Assembly (NCBI RefSeq): GCF_964355755.1
Contig: NC_092680.1
Coordinates: 9,176,001-9,240,000 of the forward strand
From: Antedon mediterranea
Lineage: Eukaryota > Animalia > Echinodermata
Length of the DNA: 64,000 bases
Direction: 5' to 3'
A program made the translations under genes and the position numbers. The notes under the pieces were generated by a model. That model saw only the letters and a program-made list of their open reading frames with translations. It made no database searches and was not told where the DNA came from. This document shows, piece by piece, positions 56,701 through 64,000 of the stretch (the stretch's first letter is position 1; each line of letters begins with the position of its first letter).

Positions 56701-58874
56701 CATTCGTCCAATCAAATGACAGGAATTTTTTTAGGTGTTAATAATGGTTAATATATACACATGATATCAAATCACTTCATCACTAGAACAATTATTGTAA
56801 TACACTTCTAATCTATATTGTGTCATTGTTTTCAACATGCATTTTATTTGATTGGGCGATAATTTATTTTTGTTCTAGGACGGCCGAAAAACTTTAAAGA
56901 AGAAGACATTTATATTTGTGAATACCGATTGGATAAAACAGCTCATTTATTTCATCCTATTAGCAAAAATAAGTTTCCAATTTGCACAAAGTCATATGCG
57001 TTCAATAAATTTGAAAAGAAAATTATTCCAAAAAGAGATTATTCGGTAAGTGAACATTTTATTGTTATTTCATGATTAGGTCTGTTTAATAGGTTATTTT
57101 TGTTTTTATAAATGATCTAGGATTTAATTTTCAATCTTTTTATTTCATTTTGTAGCCTCATTATGTACCGGAGCATTACAAAAGAGGTTATGGAGGAAGG
57201 TAAGTTTACAAAAACAAATTATTGAAATGTTACTCAATATGTATACAGTAAGGACTGTCTCATTTCTGTCTGAATCTAAAAGTTTTTTTTATCTTATACC
57301 TACCACCTACTGTAATAATGGTGATCAAAATCATGATTTAATATTGCAATCCTTGCTATGTTACCAAACAAATATAACAAGACTATTCCCAGAATTAGTC
57401 ACACTTATAGTGACAGTCAGTCAGTGACATTTAGACAGGTTGATTGGCTGAGCTAGGCTACAGTGCTGTTTGTGCTTGTCTAGCTAGGCTGCAAAATTGT
57501 GCATGCTTGTAATTGCTTTGCTAGGCTGTACATCTGACCTAGGCTTCAGGTATTCTGAATAATAGCCTGGTTTGACAGTAGTACACACTATAGTGGTCTA
57601 AGCCCATAGTAAACCTTTAATCAGTCATTTAAAAACTATAACTACAGTGCATTTGTTCCTTTTAGACCCACATGGAAATGCAATAAAGACAAATCAGATG
57701 AACAGCCTGACCTAAACAAACAAGACATTGCCATGAAAAGGTACAGTAAATAAGAGCTTTAATTGTAATGAGAATGGTATACATCTATTGTACTGATTAA
57801 CAAATGGCATGACAAAATAGAATTTTCAAAAAGCGATTCCAAACTACGTACATACACTGCATATTGGTGAAAATTACGTCTTAAAATCACATGATTCACA
57901 AAAAACAGTACAAAACAGTTATGCTTCTTGAATGTATGGGGAATTAGCATTGATTTAAGATTTGTGGTTGATGTGAGGATTCATGATTAAACATTAAGTT
58001 GAACAAAAAAGGAAATTCTGGAGGAAAATTAGATAAACTAAATGCATGCTTGTTATTTTTACAAAAGGATGCGAAAGTTGGGGAAGAAAAACAATGAGAA
58101 TCGGCAACAGAAGCAGAAACGTGTCAACGCCATCTCACTAGGCCTACTTGACAAGCTACCTGGAATGCAACGTAGGTAGCGGGCGTGCAGGCAGGCAGGC
58201 GTGTCAATGGTGGCTAGACAGGTTGGTTGGCTGGCTGACCCAGGCTACAGTGTGTGTACTGGCAGGCTGTAGTACATACTGGCCTACACTGCTCTTTGTG
58301 CATGATATTACTAATGCCACCAATCTACTCTTACCACTAATGACGACAAGACATAGCTAGATTGTTATTACTAATATTTAGACATGCCAAGTTTGTGTGA
58401 AATAATTGCCTATAAATTATTTGATATTTCATTTTAAATATCCAAATTTGTCAGAATTTTCACGTACAGGATGTACAATGCTACAATGAGTGGGTGATAG
58501 TGCATCTATCTATTAAGAGACAAATTGTACATTAACTAAAATACAGAAATTTCAGCTCTGTGACCATGCACCATGCCTCCACTACTTGGCAATTCTGAAA
58601 ATGACTATGCATGATAGTACACAAACAATTTAATATGTAATTCTAACAAATATTATACTGTTTGCAGTTTTTATTTTGCATAATTATTTTAATCTTTTTA
58701 AATTAATTTTATATTGTTTTTATAGCGGTAGACCTAACATTTTATATTGTTGTTTTTATAGCGGTAGACCTAACATTTTATATTGTTGTTTTTATAGCGG
58801 TAGACCTAACATTTTTGCTTGAGGCCACTGGTAAGAGACAACGTAAACGATTGGCATCAGAGAGCTTTGTTTAG
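11557..58874 (+). CDS. ASH1L: Histone-lysine N-methyltransferase ASH1L/Ash1 (H3K36), ~2530 aa, 24 coding exons
   Basis: join(11557-11715,35653-40211,40429-40641,42156-42235,45791-45910,47387-47492,48983-49088,49613-49860,50235-50343,50520-50678,51651-51855,52203-52410,52667-52799,53362-53503,53904-54007,54309-54489,54961-55081,55287-55371,55516-55603,56879-57045,57156-57199,57666-57740,58068-58171,58798-58874) = 7593 nt, all GT-AG and phase-consistent. Domain order AT-hooks/AWS/SET/postSET/Bromo/PHD/BAH plus motifs [11 protein letters not shown], PPKKKYxKAGxYS and PIHVGxYLR..DFxLPYD are diagnostic of ASH1L. Confidence 0.96.
12886..13399. mobile_element. Non-autonomous DNA element with 15-bp subterminal tandem repeats (gagacgattcggccc)
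   Basis: Four tandem 15-mers at the left end; related direct and inverted units at the right end; imperfect TIR ggt..gcgattcggccc / gggccgagtcg..acc. Confidence 0.7.
14380..14739. mobile_element. MITE-like inverted-repeat element
   Basis: aaaagtgattccaacaggaggtggaaccaaaaagatggcg is mirrored by cgccatgttgttggttccctctccatgtagaatcactttt. Confidence 0.6.
14744..15936. mobile_element. PIF/Harbinger-type non-autonomous element
   Basis: TIR ggccaaataaaaaaatatacttgtta / taacaagtatgtttttttatttggcc; TAA on both flanks. Confidence 0.85.
16378..16573. repeat. 30-bp minisatellite, ~6.5 copies (taataatgaatttcatcatcaacatcttga)
   Basis: Direct reading; it explains three spurious repetitive ORFs. Confidence 0.95.
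19992..20123. mobile_element. Small Harbinger-type MITE; second copy at ~23683-23840
   Basis: agctctgt..acta / tagtgtagacagagct ends, TAA flanks; shared core actatcaaactttatgtga..atcactaccatattt. Confidence 0.7.
21375..21970 (-). mobile_element. Truncated copy of the Helentron-type element at 42455-43135
   Basis: Near-identical over ~570 bp starting aactagaaagccactccgagagtgcatacctccgcc. Confidence 0.85.
26679..28619. mobile_element. Foldback/Mutator-like non-autonomous element with 10-bp TSD
   Basis: Ends gggtgtttcga / tcgaaacaccc; perfect TSD atgacattgc (26669-26678, 28620-28629); inverted arrays of ~22-bp atacgaaaagggagacccc units at both ends. Confidence 0.9.
27247..28078 (-). mobile_element. 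Nested PIF/Harbinger derivative with a remnant Myb/SANT-like ORF
   Basis: TIR agggcctgtttcta / tagaaacaggccct, TSD TTA; - strand peptide [20 protein letters not shown] resembles the C-terminus of the Myb/SANT-like domain of Harbinger ORF2 proteins. Confidence 0.8.
29888..30104 (+). mobile_element. Inverted partial copy of the 27247-28078 Harbinger element
   Basis: Reverse-complement match to ~27250-27460, including the TIR caatagaaacagg. Confidence 0.8.
30745..31598. mobile_element. Tc1/mariner-pogo-type MITE (young)
   Basis: Perfect 27-bp TIR ccgtatatttcggtgtataagtcgcac; TA TSD. Confidence 0.9.
33931..35384 (+). mobile_element. Helentron-type non-autonomous element carrying a tRNA-like segment
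   Basis: 5' aggttatatgcat-ga-atgcatataacct (subTIR plus IR), (ttta)n, 3' subTIR atgcatataacct, hairpin aattcgtca-tag-tgacgaatt, then ctagt. Confidence 0.8.
35653..40211 (+). CDS. ASH1L: ASH1L giant exon (4559 nt): Lys/Ser-rich low-complexity region, His tract, AT-hooks
   Basis: Acceptor ttcccctcag, donor AG|gtaaga; contains [27 protein letters not shown] and [10 protein letters not shown]. Confidence 0.95.
40429..40641 (+). CDS. ASH1L: ASH1L exon ([13 protein letters not shown])
   Basis: ttttttag / gtaagt, phase 2/2. Confidence 0.92.
41459..41627 (+). mobile_element. 3' end of an L2/CR1-type LINE or SINE
   Basis: tgtaaagcacctagag...aggcgctatataaatac followed by a (tat)n tail. Confidence 0.6.
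42156..42235 (+). CDS. ASH1L: ASH1L exon ([10 protein letters not shown])
   Basis: tttaag / gtaagt, phase 2/1. Confidence 0.92.
42455..43135 (-). mobile_element. Helentron-type non-autonomous element (HINE), full length
   Basis: - strand: ttacctccgccaaggaggt, (tgtt/tgtc)n, ...ggcggaggtatgcactctcggagtggctttctagtt; other copies at 21375 and ~62915-63160. Confidence 0.85.
43231..44290. mobile_element. hAT-like non-autonomous element with 5-bp TSD
   Basis: caggcccgtagccagg / cctggctacggccctg; TSD ggcaa (43226-43230, 44291-44295). Confidence 0.85.
44952..45339. repeat. 55-bp minisatellite, 7 copies
   Basis: Units start at 44952, 45007, 45062, 45117, 45172, 45227 and 45282; near-identical, no spacers. 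Confidence 0.95.
45791..45910 (+). CDS. ASH1L: ASH1L exon with MRG15-binding FxLP motif ([10 protein letters not shown])
   Basis: tctag / gtaagt, phase 1/1. Confidence 0.93.
46350..47207. mobile_element. TIR element (caggggcggatccag family), probable 6-bp TSD
   Basis: caggggcggatccagg / tctggatccgccactg; flanks ccgcag / ctgcag. Confidence 0.7.
46488..46800 (+). mobile_element. Non-autonomous element with a long terminal hairpin; internally deleted relative of 55924-56743
   Basis: Hairpin 46635-46796 with ~75-bp arms around tcggctttgcctc; the non-hairpin part matches 56615-56743 in reverse. Confidence 0.8.
47387..47492 (+). CDS. ASH1L: ASH1L AWS exon 1 ([15 protein letters not shown])
   Basis: ttatag / gttagt, phase 1/2. 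Confidence 0.95.
48983..49088 (+). CDS. ASH1L: ASH1L AWS exon 2 ([23 protein letters not shown])
   Basis: ttacag / gtatga, phase 2/0. Confidence 0.95.
49383..49500. mobile_element. Degenerate Tc1/mariner-type mini-MITE; relatives at ~20202, 40705, 41241, 51481 and 63894
   Basis: Shared cagtagaacc..attaagggacac / gtgtcccctgaa..gttc(c/t)actg motifs. Confidence 0.55.
49613..49860 (+). CDS. ASH1L: ASH1L SET domain exon ([23 protein letters not shown])
   Basis: ttgtag / gtgtgt, phase 0/2. Confidence 0.97.
50235..50343 (+). CDS. ASH1L: ASH1L SET C-terminal exon (ELTYDYNF)
   Basis: tcacag / gtagga, phase 2/0. Confidence 0.96.
50520..50678 (+). CDS. ASH1L: ASH1L post-SET exon ([14 protein letters not shown]; RVGRPPK)
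   Basis: ttacag / gtaaga, phase 0/0. Confidence 0.95.
51651..51855 (+). CDS. ASH1L: ASH1L exon ([26 protein letters not shown])
   Basis: tcccag / gtacgt, phase 0/1. Confidence 0.92.
52203..52410 (+). CDS. ASH1L: ASH1L exon, start of bromodomain
   Basis: tttag / gtaagt; [27 protein letters not shown]. Confidence 0.95.
52667..52799 (+). CDS. ASH1L: ASH1L bromodomain exon ([17 protein letters not shown])
   Basis: ttacag / gtaaat, phase 2/0. Confidence 0.95.
52983..53155 (+). mobile_element. Probable Penelope-like element pseudo-LTR fragment between (TA)n tracts
   Basis: Minimal hammerhead motif followed by a T-rich tail; TA repeats on both flanks. Confidence 0.55.
52993..53029 (+). ncRNA. 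Minimal type I hammerhead ribozyme motif
   Basis: gca-CTGATGA-a-GGGC-tagtgtt-GCCC-GAAA-gc-TC-tgc: complete core, stems I and II, palindromic minimal stem III. Confidence 0.7.
53362..53503 (+). CDS. ASH1L: ASH1L bromodomain C-terminal exon ([12 protein letters not shown])
   Basis: taccag / gtaagt, phase 0/1. Confidence 0.92.
53512..53645 (+). mobile_element. Possible SINE fragment with a Deu-domain-like core
   Basis: GC-richer block; gagtaaggggttacctcggtgt resembles, from memory, the conserved central domain of deuterostome SINEs. Confidence 0.35.
53904..54007 (+). CDS. ASH1L: ASH1L PHD exon 1 ([22 protein letters not shown])
   Basis: gtttag / gtaagt, phase 1/0. Confidence 0.96.
54309..54489 (+). 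CDS. ASH1L: ASH1L PHD exon 2 (VWQHYDC..YVCELC) and BAH start
   Basis: ttacag / gttagt, phase 0/1. Confidence 0.96.
54961..55081 (+). CDS. ASH1L: ASH1L BAH exon ([17 protein letters not shown])
   Basis: ttttag / gtaaga, phase 1/2. Confidence 0.94.
55287..55371 (+). CDS. ASH1L: ASH1L BAH exon ([24 protein letters not shown])
   Basis: ttttag / gtaaga, phase 2/0. Confidence 0.95.
55516..55603 (+). CDS. ASH1L: ASH1L BAH exon ([21 protein letters not shown])
   Basis: tttcag / gtaagc, phase 0/1. Confidence 0.95.
55924..56743 (-). mobile_element. Longer, inverted copy of the terminal-hairpin element at 46488-46800
   Basis: Hairpin ~55926-56092; far end tgccatgtgacccacattcgtccaatcaaatgacaggaattt is the reverse complement of ~46503-46545. 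Confidence 0.8.
56879..57045 (+). CDS. ASH1L: ASH1L BAH C-terminal exon ([20 protein letters not shown])
   Basis: ttctag / gtaagt, phase 1/0. Confidence 0.95.
57156..57199 (+). CDS. ASH1L: ASH1L small exon ([15 protein letters not shown])
   Basis: ttgtag / gtaagt, phase 0/2. Confidence 0.9.
57666..57740 (+). CDS. ASH1L: ASH1L exon ([14 protein letters not shown])
   Basis: ttttag / gtacag, phase 2/2. Confidence 0.85.
58068..58171 (+). CDS. ASH1L: ASH1L penultimate exon ([17 protein letters not shown])
   Basis: aaaag / gtaggt, phase 2/1; resembles the vertebrate ASH1L C-terminal RLNxILLxLLEKIPG segment. Confidence 0.85.
58706..58815 (+). repeat. 36-bp tandem triplication spanning the last intron/exon boundary
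   Basis: tttttatag|cggtagacctaacatttt with exon starts at 58726, 58762 and 58798. Confidence 0.95.
58798..58874 (+). CDS. ASH1L: ASH1L last coding exon ([25 protein letters not shown]); alternative in-frame starts at 58726 and 58762
   Basis: Phase 1; stop TAG at 58872-58874; resembles the vertebrate IDVTYLLE..GRKxRRR terminus. Confidence 0.88.
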
Positions 58875-61800
58875 AAGAAAATGTGTGTGACCAATTTTGG
58901 AAAAGCTTTGTTATTTTCTTGCCTATGTGTACACATCAGCTTTGTATTTAAGCATTATCCATGATTGTAATTATTTTTATACTAGTATAAATAAAGGATA
59001 TTCTGAAATTAATATTAAATTCAGCAAGACCTATTGTCTTGCATGTAATTATTTGTAAAAATTCATTCAAATTTAAAATATAAAATATCATGTAGATATT
59101 TTCCAGTGGGGAAATTCATTTTCTAGTTATTTGCTGTTTAATATTACTGATGGTGCAGAATGTTTTAATTAATGTACAGTAATTGTATTTATACAGGGCA
59201 TATTATGAACCTTACCAATAGATAATGTTTCCAAAAGATATACAACAAATATCTTGCCGTTTCTGAATAAATGCAACAAAATAGAGGTTGAAATTTAAGA
59301 GGTTGAAAAAAAGTGTGTTGATGACGACTTTTTCTAGATTTTATCAAATGTTTTTTAAAAGAATATAAACTTTATTAAAATAAATAGATATACCAATTTT
59401 AAATTGGGCAGATGTCATGTTTGTGAAATTTTTATTCTAAATATTTATGCCTTGATTTTAAGATCAATATCGTAAGGTAATGTTTATTATTTCATGGCAA
59501 TAACCCATTTAATCTATCTGAGCATTATTTCATGGCAATAACCCATTTAATCTATCTGAGCATTATTTTATGGTAATTTTATGAAATTAAACCTTTTCTA
59601 TATACCTAAATTAGAAAATGTCATGAAAAATGTGTTATTTTATTTCTTAAAGACTTGTTTATCTTAAACCACTTAAAACTCTTTGTTTATCTTGCAGTTA
59701 ATGTTATTAATTATTTTTAAAACGATTTTGAGGATTTTACCAGCTCATTGGATTTTTTGTATGAAACATAGTATTCTTATTATCTTGTAATGCTCCTTAA
59801 AGCCATGATGATTTCAGGTTGTTCGCTAACTAATGTCCGCTAACTAATGTCCTTTGTTCAACAGTAAAATAATGTGTTGTAAATTGGCATATCCTACTGG
59901 GGACTTGAGTATTGGTTTTTGCATTAATTTACATTTACCAGACAATAGATTTTTTTTCAATTGAATATGCCAAATGTCAATATGCATTATATAAATGTTT
60001 CAATCAATAATATATAACTGTTTCAAAATGATGCAAACTTTATCCACCGATAATTTGTTTACGGTTAATACCTCCATGATCTAAAAGGTGCTTTTGTGAT
60101 ACAAACAAAATGATGTTAAATTGTAAGCATTCCAGGGTTATAAACAAAATTGTAGCTATATTAAATAAGCAAATTTATGACCTGGTGTATAATGTTATTT
60201 TGTATAACTATGCACAATTATTACACAGGGTTTTGTTGAAGGGCTGTTTCATTTTCTTCACTGTTTGTTTACTACTACAAAATAGGTATATATTCTAAGC
60301 CTAATATTTTGTAATTGTTTTAAATTGTCATAATATTATATAAGTACTTTTAAAGGCAATTAACAATTGCTTTTCTATTAGTCTATGAGCAAACATTAAA
60401 GATGTCTCTCAATGATATTCAAAACAAAAAATTACCACCATGTTGGAAAATGCCAATTGCATAGTGTAATATTCTTAAGTGATATTATAGTGGGTGAAAT
60501 AACTCCTTATCTTGTTGAAATTTAACTTCAAATCAAATAACTCTTTATCTTGTTGAAATTTAATTTCAAATCAAAATTAGGATGAATGTTATAGGTATAA
60601 TACTGAGCAATCAATCAAATACAGTACCTGCCTAACAGCAAATCTACAATTTTGAACTTTCAATATAAATAGAACTTTCAAAGTATGAATTTTAATTATG
60701 CTAATATGAATTATTTAAATACTGACTTTATATTTTAATTTATTGATTTATTAATTACATATTTTGCTTCTGCCAAATATTTGCATTTCAACCCTTGAAA
60801 GTGATTAGGTAAATTTTTGTATGCTAATACAAATTTGGCTGTTCTTGTATGTTTGATTGTCTGTATTCTATCTCCACATAATGGAATTCTGTAATATAAT
60901 GTCACATAATGTATCTCATGTGGTACATGTGTTATGTTACTATGATACAGCCGTCACATTAGGAGCAGATCCAGGATTATCAAACGGGTCAAGGCCAACA
61001 TATACTAATTACCTTTAAAAAATAGACAACAGAATTAATAGTAGTTCAAAATTTCATTTTAGCTTTCAGAAGGAAAGCCTGCCCGTAAATATGACCTGGT
61101 GACTTTAATCCTGTTTCAGAATTCGCTTATGATACTGGAAAAATGATTGATGCATTACCGAGAATCGCCTCATAAAATACCTTTAGACTGCAACAGATGA
61201 ATGAATATAGACATTTTTTAGTGATAATTTTAAGAAAGGGTACAGTTTGTAGTAGTATTTTATCATTACTGTATTTCTATGGGGTGGTGTAATTAATTTA
61301 TCTACTTAAGTAGTACTAAATGTCCCTGAAATGGCCAAATCTTGATTTTGTATGTAATAATAAAATTGTATAGAAATAATGTAAAGAGAAGAGGCAATCC
61401 TTGCCTATTGTACATTAAATTATTAGATAAATTTGGTGGAATTTTTAAACAATTTACATTAGCCTAATAATATAATTTATTATTTTTTTTTTTAGATAAA
61501 GGTATATATATATTTTCTTGTTTGGGAATTTGGTATTATAGAATAAAATACAATACCTATTTTATTATACATGATTCATGGTGAAATTTAAATTACAGAT
61601 AGCATTTTATTCCGGTTAATGTATACGTGCAGTGTGTGCTCTTTGATTCTAAATAAAATCAAGTGTGAGCTTTATCATAATTGTTCTTTTTTTTTCAGAT
61701 TTTTATTTTAAACAAAATTTTCTAAATTCAATTACCGGTACTATGCACCACATATTGGTATATTTGATTTTATAATGCGCAGGACACATACGATTCTATA

Positions 61801-64000
61801 ATAGTAACCAGTTATATAAAAAAATAAAAGGGTCGAAATTTTGCCATTTTTCGAAAATTTCCCAGGGATTTTTTTTTTTTAATGGTCAAATTTCGACATT
61901 TTTATTTTTCTAGTTAGCTAGTTATTATATCATAATTGAAATGCGCAGAACAAATGATTCTGCGCATGCTATTTATGATAGTAACCAGTTATGTCAAAAA
62001 ATGAAATCCCTAATTACTGATTACTATATCATAATTGACATCCATGCTTGCATTTTTTACGCTGCTGCTTTAGCCAGCTACGTCCCAAGAAGACTACTCA
62101 TTCAGAAGCTAAAGTAAGCAGCAGTTATAGTTCTAGAGGCCGATGTTTTTGGTAATTTGTAAACTAGGACGGGTAATGCTCAAATTACAAACCCCAAAGC
62201 ACGTCTGGGAGAGGAGAGTATGAGAAAATTAGCCGATATAATACAGATGCATGTAGACAGTCATCTGTAAAATCTTGTTCAATAAATAATGACTTTGTTG
62301 TTGCTGTCAACATAGGCCAGTATTATAATAATTCACTGTAATCAAAACATTATTTCTGGTATTTACAATGAGTCCCATTTGACTGTCAATCTAGACCGAT
62401 ATTATAATACTGTAATTCGCTGTCAGATAATCATTTAATTAATTTTTGTTTGTAATAGGATACAATTTGTTGACACTTGAAGTGTCTAGGCTTGACCTTA
62501 GCAATAAAATAAACTAAAGTGACAGAAAATTATTAATATTATTTAGAAATTTTTATTTAAATTATTTAATAAGTACATCATCTTTTAAAGATTCAATATT
62601 TTTTATTTTTCAATTTCAATTGCACAATTATGACATATCAAAGTATGAATTCTTGTTGTATTTTACTTCAAATACTAAAGTTATTCACTTCTGTACCAAA
62701 AAATAAATTGTATTCACGTATAAAAACAGAAAAGAAACATTTAATTATAACCCAAAAACCATTGTCTATTTTATTCTATTATGTGACAATAAAATGACAT
62801 TCAAAAACAAATTTGAAATAAAAAATATTTTTCAGGGGGACAATATATCTTTAAAACTGTTACATCAACAAGCGAGCAACGTTTTTTGTAAGAATATTTC
62901 TTGTTTAAATGGGGTTTACATTAAATCAAATTATGTTTAAAAATTACAAATCAAAAATTATAACTCTTGCCTCTTGTAGTAATTCTTGAGAAAATGCAAT
63001 TTCAGTTTACTTGACTGCTCAGTACTAGATTGCGAGACCCTGTTCCGGATTGCATTTCAAATCTAATGGAGTGGTCCTTAACCACCTATTTGGTAGAGAT
63101 CCTGAAATAACTTTTTGAATAATCCTGCTAACAACAGACACGCGATCAACATCCTTGGTATTGATTGACAACTATTACAGTTTTTACTCTATTAGATAAC
63201 ACATGAATTGTTTGCACAAAAACTGTTTATTTGAATAATATGCTCATTGATATAATAATAAATATCACTAATTGCACCAATACAAAAATAATTGACATTA
63301 AATAATAACAAGAGAACAATATAATGAATGGAAGCAGGGTATAAAGCAGAAATAATTGTCTCCATTTTGTAGGGATGGTATGTTAACAACTAAACAATCA
63401 TTGTTTTGTATTCATTAATAATAAAAAACATTTGTTATAATTTACATTAATAAATTGCACCTTTAATAAAATGCATTCTTCACTTGATATTAAAGAATAA
63501 TTGCACATCAAAGGCTCAAATATAAACATCCTTATTGTCAATTTAATAAAATCATTAAAAAATATCAATATTAAATAAATTGTTATTTAAATGAAACATT
63601 TTATTTATACAGTATATATTTTTGGAAAAGTAAAATTAGTTTTGTTTCTAAAGTTTTATTATTACAATAATAATTAAATATTGGTTTTTATACAACTACT
63701 ATATGTTCTTCATCAACATTTTCCTCTAAATAAAATATTTTTTTCTGTATAAGACTCTTAAAACTAAGGAAAACCAACTTTATTTCTTTAAAAAAAAAAC
63801 AGAATCAAAATAAACAAGTTTAAAATTTCAAAATGTATAATGGTACTATTAATGGCAATTAAGAATGTTTCATATTCATTCGGTATAAAAATACAGTAGA
63901 ACAAATTGGGTTATTTCATCGAACATCACTATTAATGGGGACAGTTTCCTGTGAAATGAACAGGGAGGGAAATACAGTGGAACTGAACCTTTTGGCCACT

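Noticed and set aside
58990-61660. Specific ASH1L polyadenylation site
   Set aside because: Several AATAAA hexamers (e.g. 58990, ~59266, ~61542, ~61652) in very AT-rich DNA; cannot choose without 3'-end data.

Overview
AT-rich eukaryotic (metazoan, probably invertebrate deuterostome) genomic DNA with spliceosomal GT-AG introns. Most of the window is one + strand gene, an ASH1L/Ash1 H3K36 methyltransferase. I reconstructed it as one probable 5'-UTR exon and 24 phase-consistent coding exons (11557..58874, 7593 nt, about 2530 aa). It has a 23.9-kb intron, a 4559-nt exon, AT-hooks, an MRG15-binding FxLP motif, AWS-SET-postSET, bromodomain, PHD and BAH domains. A divergent - strand multi-exon gene or pseudogene with fibronectin type III-like repeats occupies about 145..5561 and runs off the left edge. 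Introns and intergenic DNA are dense with non-autonomous transposons: Harbinger, hAT-like, Tc1/pogo, a MULE/foldback element, Helentron-type elements, SINE and Penelope remnants, several of them nested. The most notable observations are: (1) a 36-bp triplication of the last ASH1L splice acceptor, giving three in-frame acceptors that add 0, 12 or 24 hydrophobic residues; (2) a sense-strand minimal hammerhead ribozyme in an ASH1L intron; (3) strong enrichment of TACAGTA/TACTGTA excision-footprint-like heptamers inside ASH1L; (4) a transposon end that appears to supply a splice acceptor; (5) inverted repeats flanking a frame-closed SET-to-BAH exon block. All coordinates were read by eye and no database searches were run.
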